The translations under genes were made by a program, and so were the position numbers. DNA of 57,545 nucleotides, taken from positions 62,001 to 119,545 of the forward strand of contig NW_026250450.1 in NCBI RefSeq assembly GCF_024521635.1. The letters are read 5' to 3'. Positions within the stretch are counted from its first letter, which is position 1. Every line of letters starts with the position of its first letter. Shown in pieces: positions 49,070 through 57,545 of this stretch. The stretch is from Tricharina praecox. Its lineage: Eukaryota. Below the pieces are notes generated by a model that made no database searches, had not been told where the DNA came from, and saw nothing but the letters and a program-made list of their open reading frames with translations.

Positions 49070-49599
49070 TGTAGCAGATTTGTAACTGTTATGCGAAAGT
49101 TGCAGCTGCTGATGTGAGTTTGTAAATCGTTCTGATATCAGATTTTTGAATATTGTTAAAGCTGAAGTTTGCTCGGAAAGTTGGAGGAATCCATATCAGT
49201 TCTGTCCTTGAGATATACCAGGGTTCTTGCTGCTCATCTTGACGGGGGGAGGCTGCATAACTTGAATATTTCGCGCGGCTCTCACAATTCAAACGGAGTG
49301 AAATTCTATGGTTGGTAGCCACCGCAGCAACTGTGCTCAATCACGGGTTTGCGCGTACGTGCCCTATAAGTGGGTAGGGCTATGCCCGACGTGACTGCGC
49401 TCCAACTATTTAAACAGCTCCCCCCCCCCCACACACACACACACACAAACTTCAACTTGTCCATCTCATCTTTTTTCGTTTTTTTCATCTCTTCAACATT
49501 CCGCTCATCACACTACCATCACTAATCACTACCACCACAATAATTCCTCGTTCCAACTATTTCTATTCTATACTCCACCTACAACAGCAATCATTTTCT

Positions 49600-51150
49600 C
49601 GTGAGGACCCAACAGCGGCCCCCCATAGGCGTGAGGATTTAGATCCTGCGCCCGCCATAGCTGTGGTATGCCGCAATACGCGGCTAATCCGTAAGTTACA
49701 CATCCCCCTCACTCTTCTGACTAGAAATTAACAGCGTGATAGCGGTCAATAGGGCTGCGGCCCCTTTGCCGGGTGACTCGCCACTCAAGACTCACTCTTC
49801 GCCGACGCGGAGCAAGAAACGGAGTTGCCATAACCACTGTTGGCCACCGACAACTGGACCATAGGTTCGGCACCCTCAATCTTCTTCCTCTTCTTCTTGG
49901 TTACTGCCGAGCGCACAAACACTCCTGTTTGTCATGCGGGCAGCAGCCGTGCTTGTTCGGGTGCTTTTCTATGGCAAGATTGCGTACTTTTCAGGAACAA
50001 TGGATAAGACAACCACCTGGCGCTGGAATCATTAAATCACACGCCCTCCCCCCTCATCTGACTAGAAACTAACAGCGCGATAGCTATGAACTGGGCTGCG
50101 GCCCCTTCTCCGGGAGATCAAGTATTGCGGCAAGCTTTGCTCGGGCCATGTTGGTGGCTTGGGGAACCGCCACGAGCGGGCCCCTTTGGGCGGAAGGATT
50201 CAGATCCTCCGCACGCCACCGCATGCCCAGTATTCGTATGACACACTCTCTCAGCCCCTCCGTGGGCACACGGTTAGACCTTCGCCTGAGGACCCACCGA
50301 GCTCCGGTCCATCTCAGGATCTGTTTGCCACATGGGGAACCGCCACGAGCGGGCCCCATGGGGCGTGAGGATCGAGATCCTCCGCCCGCTACAGCTGTGG
50401 CAAGCATCCGTAAGCAACAAACACACCCTCCACATGTGCCTCGCAACTAACTGCGCGATAGTGGTGATGGGCCAGCGGTGGAAATCCGGCCAAGAGTGGG
50501 GGCCACCCGTGTTACTGGTTCCGGCCAAACCTCATGACTGTTCAGCTGGAATACATCACCGGTATTCCGAGACCCAATGATTACCTGACACTGGCGTGGC
50601 TCACCGACATGCGCGGACCATTCTTTTGGATAAACACACTTGCAAACAGGGTACCGCACAGCCCCTTCCCCTCGTGTACATGCATATAACTGACTAACGT
50701 GAATGAAGGAGCCAGTTCGGAACTGTCGGCTTGAACTTCGAAGCTGCTGTATCTCCACAGTACGATTGGCAGCGAACTGCCTACATGAGTGCTCTTGCCG
50801 GTGGCTTGGGAACCGCCACGAGCGGGCCCCTCTGGGTTGCAGGATTGCGATCCTGTGCCTGCTACTGCCGTCGGAAAGAAGGCATTTTAAAATTGAAAGC
50901 CGTAGAAGTTGTTCCATCAGCTGGACTCGATGATCGGGGAAATTATTGGCATCGGTTCCTAGATAGGGAATACCGTGGAGTCGCTGGATCCTGACACCGA
51001 TAAGGATCCTGATGCGGATAGGATGGCCCCCTCCAGTCCCCGCACCACTACTGCCGACGCCGAGCGCATCCTTCTTCTAGAGCAACTCGCTCAGGTCGAG
51101 GCCAAACGTGTCGGTGGCTTGGGGAATCGCCACGAGCGGGCAACTTTGGG
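49600..51150 (+). repeat. Cluster 2 of the ~54-nt module (degenerate at ~49600; 50161, 50334, 50808; partial at 51121), inverted relative to cluster 1
   Basis: GGGGAACCGCCACGAGCGGGCCCCxxxGGG..AGGAT....ATCCT..GCCC copies, plus shared flanking modules (e.g. GGTTCCGGCC.AACCTC.TGACTGTTCAGCTG.AATACAT and CACACTTGCAAACAGGGTA). Confidence 0.85.
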
Positions 51151-51758
51151 TAAAGGGGGGACAAGTTGGAGGACGTACCGTTTCCGAACATTCCTTGTCC
51201 AAAAGGGAGAGGACGGCTGGTTAGTCGCAGTCATTTTTGTAGCTGCAGTAGTTAGATTACCACGATTTGCTCGAATAATTTAAGTTCATGTTTTCTATCT
51301 TCTTGTGTTCAATATAGCTACCGAATATCATATTTGCGGGTGGCGGCCGACGGCACATGCCGACGCGAGAGTGTGTCAAACGTTTGTGGCTGATCAAATG
51401 AATGTGTAGATGATAAGATGGTATTATCAATGATTATGTTATACGCCTCGTATCGGGCTGCGAATCTTCTTTTCATACAGTTGATGCTCCAGTAGGGGAA
51501 GCCCCCTATCCGTTTATACAGGCGTCACGGGTCCGCGGCACTCTGTGGCTACCATCTCACTCCAACCATGTCACCGAAGCTTCGGGTCTTCCTCTCTGTA
51601 CGTCTATTCTGACTGGAAAGAGGGAGTGAAGGTCGACAGTATAGTTTAATTTTGCGTTCACCGTGATGTTGCTCCAACGTATACATCTGTCATATGTAGA
51701 CATCCGATCGATCCCAGAGAGTCCTGGCGGTGGAGGAGCTCTCGCCGGAGGTAGCGCC

Positions 51759-51950
51759 TGTCATAATATCACGAACCCTCGTGTACCTAATCATGCGAGA
51801 TCACTCTGACTTTCGTTATCCGCTCTCACAGAGGTGGCGAGCGGCGGCGAGCGGCCACCATCCAAAGCACCCCCGCACATTCCTGCATGTATGTTTTTCT
51901 TCCCGGCACGATACACTGTACACTACTTCAGAATACCACTTTTGTTGAGA
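51759..51950. mobile_element. Solo LTR (192 bp) with 5-bp TSD
   Basis: Starts TGTCA and ends TGAGA (one change from TGACA). Flanked by GCGCC at 51754-51758 and 51951-51955. The paralogous segment at ~12615 has a single copy of the site and no insert. Confidence 0.8.
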
Positions 51951-52584
51951 GCGCCAGAGCCCAGGCGTCCGAGTCATATCTGGTGCCGGACGCCTAGCGA
52001 CCGGATATGAGGTGTCCGGATTTTACGCGTCCGGACCTTAGGCGTTAGAGTCATGATTGGTGCCCTAGGTGGGATAGGTCTACGTGCAGCCCGCCAACAG
52101 GGCAAGCCTGGAGGTCATCTATATAGCACATGTATATAGAGGAACTTCTGCCGTTGCAGAAGACACTCCGATGGATGTCTGGGAGGTTGCGAAGAACGAA
52201 CTCGCGAATGGATAGTTAAGACGAGAGTAGACTAGAAGCTCGCAGTGGAATATTACAGATCGACAGCAATGGACGGGAGTAAAATGCTAGACTCCAACCC
52301 GGTGGACGGTTACAACGCAAATGCACACAGTCACAGATTTGCACTCGACGGCATGGCGGGATTCCCGACTTTCGAGCGAAGTTGGCGCCACTATCCTCAT
52401 GCATAGCAGGCCGGGGCCTGTGACCTAAAGCATTATCACGTTTCCAGATCAGATCCCATCGTACTAATGAATGTTTCAAGACGAGGAGATATCCGACTAG
52501 AAAGTAAACCCCGTTGAATTTGGTCCCATCCCCAGTATCGCCGGCTATCGGTACACAGCGTAGGCAGAGAGCGGCTGCCGTCGA

Positions 52585-52872
52585 TTACAACAGTCCATAT
52601 CCGAGAACAACCGCTGCCACAAGCACCGCAGCGGGCAAGACACCCCTCGCATCGACCGCCGCCGCTGAACTAGCGCCGCCTACACTAAAAATAAGCATAT
52701 TTCACTAATACACACCCAAATCGCCGGAAGGCTTACCGCCGCCGCTGTCGACGCCACTTTTTGGCTTCTTTGGAGCGTGGAAGCCTTTCCCACCTTTTGG
52801 CTCAGGGGCTGGATCGGAGAGAACCGTGATCGCGAAGAAGAAAAAGAATACCAGGAGTAGTGGTAGTTTCAT
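52585..52872 (-). CDS. Tiny Gly/Lys-rich secreted/GPI-type protein (76 aa); exons 52872-52737 and 52679-52585
   Basis: Not in the ORF track. MKLPLLLVFFFFFAITVLSDPAPEPKGGKGFHAPKKPKSGVDSGG, then a 57-nt intron GTAAGC...TAG, then GGASSAAAVDARGVLPAAVLVAAVVLGYGLL*. Confidence 0.7.
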
Positions 52873-54144
52873 GACTGTTGTAGTCGTGTGCCGAAAGCGA
52901 TACCGTATTATCCCGGATAACCGTTCGCTGGGTAAAATGGATTTAGGGCAATGAAGCCCGCACTAGCGTTAATCGGTTAGCGCCGACGCCGCAACAAACA
53001 TCAGTCGATTAGGTTAGTGCGGCTGATACTCCTGAAGCATCGTGGGAACGGCATATGTAGAGCATTGCAGTACACTCTACAAAGATCAAGTTCATAGAAA
53101 TCACGGAAACCATTATGGAGAACAAAAATGTCACCTTTCCTACGAAAATAGCACACGCCGACAGAGTCATATCAGAATTTGCAGCTTTTGTTCTTACGTC
53201 TACGGCTGGATATGCTCCCGACAACGACAGTGATGAGGACAACAATATCCAACTGATCGCTCGTCGAAGATGTCTACAGGGGACAGTGGGCGCGCTCTTG
53301 ACTGACTCGGTTGACGCGTCCTCAACAGCAGACTTGGTGGGCGCGTTCTTGACTGGCTCGGCGGGCGCACTCTCCGCAGATTGAGTGGTGCAGGTTCGGT
53401 GGGCGTGCCCATGGAAGGTTCAGCGGACCGGCAGGCTCAGCAGTCACTTTCTCAACGGGCATGGGAAAAGATGCGCGTTGCAGTTGAACCAGTAGCTGGT
53501 AGCCAGGAGAAGCAAGCGACTGGAAGAAGTAGGTAGACAGCATGTGGTTGTAGAGCTGTTTGCTAATATTAGCGATATTGAAGATGACGATGTTAGGGAA
53601 GTCTGTTGGAAAGAATCGGTTTGAAGTTGGATACTCTGTGTGTGTAGAAACATCACGGGTATTTTGCGCTAGTAAGTTGGACACTGACTAAGCGCCAAGC
53701 GCCACAAAACCAACGTGCAACGGCGGAAACCAGTTAGAAAGCGCGCCAAGCCTGCGTGTAACAGCGCTAATAGCTCAAACCCACCGGACGGTTATCCGAG
53801 ATAATACAGGAGATGGTATGAGGGAGTTGAACTGTTGCAGCGGTTGTCGTGCTTGCGAAGGTTATGTAGATACTTCTGGCTTTGAAGGAAGAGCGCAGAG
53901 GATGGTTCGTCTTGAAAGTAGGTTTGCTCGTATCCATGGAAACCATCCTGAATGAAGCCTGCACGTGGACGATGGAGTCTAATTCAATGTTTGCTCACTT
54001 AGACTCGCGAGCTGTCAGCAGACAAAGAATAATTTCGGTTCTTTGAGATACGTCGTCCGTCTGCTGCTAGATAACGTCAAACGAGGCTCATCACACGCAT
54101 ACATGGGTCTGAGTGCCATACGGTTATGCTCTTCACCAGCCAAT

Positions 54145-54216
54145 GCTTGTGTAGTGTAGTGGTTAGCACGTCGGATTTTGATTCCGGAGTCCTCAGTTCA
54201 AACCTGGGCACGAGCT
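54145..54216 (+). tRNA. tRNA-Gln (anticodon TTG), intronless
   Basis: Cloverleaf with acceptor GCTTGTG/CACGAGC, D arm GTGT/GCAC, anticodon arm TCGGA-TTTTGAT-TCCGG and T arm CTCAG-TTCAAAC-CTGGG. A T-run (Pol III terminator) follows. Confidence 0.93.
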
Positions 54217-54423
54217 TTCATTTTTTACAGCTTTGCTCATAGGCCACGGCTGGTATCTCGTTGACGGGACATGAAGGAACTTGCATGAACGCTCACACGG
54301 GTTTGGAATAAGCGAGGTGACACATGATGACGCGAATTCCCCTCTCTCCTAGAACGCACGCGAATCGAGTCTGACTACCGAACCATCCCTCTCCAGCTCA
54401 ACACAAAACCTTTCCGTATCCCC

Positions 54424-54822
54424 CTACCACACTGCTAGGACTACCGCCGCCGCCGCTCCAACAACCATCGCGATGCTGGCTGTCTGCCTTCCAAGCCCGT
54501 TGTGCCAGTGAACTGTTGGTAGGTCGAACGTCGGTACGTCGAACGTCGGTACGTCGAACGTCGGTACGTCGAACGTCGGTACGTCGAACGTCGGCGGGTA
54601 AACTGTCGGAAGTGCAGCAATGTCAATCGTTGGAATCTGGAAAGTGGGTGAGGTGAGGTTGGGTAAGTCCATGGTGATGGGTGCGCCTAGGTCGATAGCC
54701 AAACCGTCATCAAGCAGCTGGTCACCGCCGTGGACGTGAGTGGGCGGGGCAATGTCTGGGTTCGCAAGCGCCGAAATTGATGCTGCAACAGCGGGGATGA
54801 CGAGGAGGGTAGTGTCCTGCAT
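54424..54822 (-). CDS. Small secreted/GPI-type Pro/Thr-rich protein (132 aa) with PTFDV tandem repeats
   Basis: Signal peptide MQDTTLLVIPAVAASISALA. 15-bp tandem repeat x5 (PTFDV/L). C-terminal NGLGRQTASIAMVVGAAAAVVLAVW is a GPI-like signal. Confidence 0.75.
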   Translation of the reverse strand: MQDTTLLVIPAVAASISALANPDIAPPTHVHGGDQLLDDGLAIDLGAPITMDLPNLTSPTFQIPTIDIAALPTVYPPTFDVPTFDVPTFDVPTFDVPTFDLPTVHWHNGLGRQTASIAMVVGAAAAVVLAVW

Positions 54823-57545
54823 TATTCGTGTTATTGCGAGATCGCAGGGTGCCATGAGATGAGGTGAGGGTGTGGACCTGGGAGTGCGGTGAACGGAGAT
54901 ATAGTCTTTGGTGGTATGTGCATCTTGAATCTTCCGACGAAAGGAGGAGAAACCTGAGACTTTGCCACGGGCATCTTGACGGTGAAGGAAGAAGATCCGT
55001 GTGCTCGCTACTGTAGACAAATGAAACCATGATTCAAACTGAACCAACCGGATCACACCTTCCAGTGGCCACAGTCGCTTTGGCGTCATGTAGCAAAGTT
55101 TCAAACGAGCTGATTTGTATGTAACATGTATGGATAACGGCCGATGATCTCACTACGTAGCGTCAGAAAGCGCGCAGACTAGCAGCAATTCAATTGTGTT
55201 TCTTCATCGTTGATCCAATTTCAGTTGGCTAGGTACATACCTCATCGCAGTACATAAACCTCTCCATCCGGCTGCAGTCTGACTCTGGATGCAGCATGGC
55301 ACCGACAGCCGACTAGATGCAACACTGAGTGATAGCCCCGACACCTCCGTGTCGTCCCCGCCAGAAAAGTGGATCCCGATATTCAACCGAATGGTATTCG
55401 TGCGTGCTGCAGTGACCGATATCCGTGATGACGAAGCCGATAGACGATGGACCTCCGCCGAAAGAACGGAGGATAAATCGAGGGTAGCTGCGAAGGCCGC
55501 AAAAATTCCATTTGCCGTGCACTATCTTGGTCCGAGATCACAGTTGACACGAACGGCGAGGACCTGTTAATTATGGCCTAGGCGGCTTCCCTTCCCTACA
55601 GGTCTGCTCCTTTGTATCCGACTATGCTAGATTCCGGCGAATGGCTCTCCCGCACTATCACTAGGCCAACAGGTCAGCAATGTATCCACAACAGCAGGAG
55701 CAACCGGTGCACCGACATCGGGAGACATATACCATTCCTCTCATGTGTCACTCTGAAGGTTCCTGAAGAACTGCGATACTGGCATGGGCTGTTCGTTTGT
55801 TTCCGTCGGTTGCAATCCCAGATTTCAAGCCAGGTCAATTCCGCATCGGCGCGAAAACTCTCGATCTCTGAGATGGCACAGACGCCGCCGGCCGGTATAG
55901 CAGCGAGATCATCGATATCAACGATCATGAGATGTAACTCTAGTACTACTGATCGCCAAGGTTGAAGCAGTCGAAGATTCACCGTGATTGAATGGTTGTA
56001 ATCACGTTGCAAGCGGTCTCGCCATACCCATTGTCACTCCTCCTCTAGGGCTATGCGAGGGCAGACTGTATGAGCAGCACGTGGATGAGGTACGTGCATG
56101 TGTGCGGGAATATCAGCACATGTTTAGGTGACGGTCACGTGCGCATGTGGGCTCGGGTTGCGTTCGCCCTGCAGTGACATCGTTTATTGTTATGAGGTCG
56201 ACGTAGTTGAGGTCAACGCTAGCCACTCGCGCGGGCGACGGCGAAAATCTTTCAACCCTTGCGGCTCTAAAACACATATAAAAGACCCTCCCCCCGCTAC
56301 TTCTTCTCTCCTTCTCCTCACAACAATCACAACTTCTTCCTCGACAAAATCTGTCGCGACATAAACACTTCACCATTCGTGCAACCCCATCACGATCTCG
56401 CTGTCAAACCAGAACGCTCGGGATTGTCAACCCCTTTTTACTTCCTTCTCTCCCACTTCCTTTTCCCCCTTCGTTTGGCCTCTTCCAGGCGACCACACCA
56501 CCAGACAATTACACAACCAGACGGTCACCAGGCAATTGGAAACCATGATCGCCGTCTCCCTTGTACTGTGGGAAACAAGTTTCCCCACTACAACTGGGCC
56601 TCGGCCCAGGTACTGGTAGACCGGCAACAAGCCTCGGTCCCGTGCTTGGTGGACGTGTACTGAGTGACGCAGAAATACTACACGCGGCGGAGAAATATTA
56701 CACGCGGCGGAGAAGCCGCGGTCCTCGGACACCGAGGAAACACAAGAAGTATAACTTGCTTTACCGCAAGTTATACGGGGTGGTTTTCTTCCTTTCACGC
56801 GAAAGCGGAAAGGTCTTTCTTCCTGGCCATGTGTGAGTTACTTCGCATGGCCAAATCCAAATGTTGTTGCTCTGGCCGCTGCGCGAGGGAATGATATTGG
56901 ATTAATTGACGCAGTCGAGATCTCCGGGTGCGAGCGGGATACAGCGCGAAATTGACTTCACGAATTCGCTGTTACTAGTTGGTTCTACCTCCAAAACCGC
57001 AGGTCTGGTTCGCGTTCACTGCGAGAATGAACAAAGGTAGTCGCTAGGGGGGCGCCAACACACAAGTTCTCCTGTGTCGGTACCGGGAGAGGAGCCTTAC
57101 GCGCACGATCACCGCACACATAGATGAATTAGCCGTCTAAATAAGCTGGTTATTGATACCTCCACCGCCCACGGCGGCCGGAAAGCGAGATATAACTATG
57201 GTGTTTAGCGTGTATATACCGGTACCGTGTAGTTATCACAGCTACAGTCAATAGATAGTTCTATAGTATAAAAAGCGGCGGCCGCCGGCGGGGAAAGATC
57301 CCGCTCTACAGCCAATCGGCCAGTAGCCGGCGTCGACACCTCCTATATCACTCACATCCCCGTCGCCGCCGATGTCAAGAAAAGTGGTATCCTGAATTAG
57401 GGTACAGTGTATCAGACACCACAGGTGAAAATGTAATTGTATAGAGGCGCGGGGGTGCCTCGGATGCAGGCCGCTCGCCACCTCAGTGAGAACGGATAAC
57501 GGAAGTCTCTCAACATAGAGAGTAATCTCGCATGATGCGGTACAA

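Noticed and set aside
7988..52165. One giant element bounded by long inverted repeats (8-12.7 kb versus 49.6-52.2 kb)
   Set aside because: The shared blocks are each inverted, but their order is not mirrored. I found no TSD, transposase or tyrosine recombinase.

Overview
Eukaryotic DNA from a filamentous ascomycete, judged from short GT..CTRAC..AG spliceosomal introns and fungal-type genes. The region is gene-poor, repeat-rich and looks accessory. The only confidently recognisable loci are a spliced phenylalanine/aromatic amino-acid ammonia-lyase (21864-24287), a tRNA-Gln(TTG), a DUF3237-like gene and a disrupted HeLo-like-N/ankyrin gene. The rest consists of small orphan genes (four tiny signal-peptide/GPI-type proteins, several tandem-repeat proteins, a G/N/S pseudo-repeat protein with a Cys-rich tail), transposon debris (hAT MITE with 8-bp TSD, TA-flanked MITE, solo LTR with 5-bp TSD, four LINE fragments) and diverged local duplications. 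The most unusual signal is a ~54-nt module present about 12 times in two oppositely oriented clusters (8-10 kb and 49.6-51.2 kb). It folds into a double hairpin/three-way junction, also conserves a peptide frame (GNRHERAPLGVRIEILRP), and sits among intron-like segments and scrambled exon modules of an unrecognised protein family. All exon models and identity estimates were made by eye and need computational confirmation.
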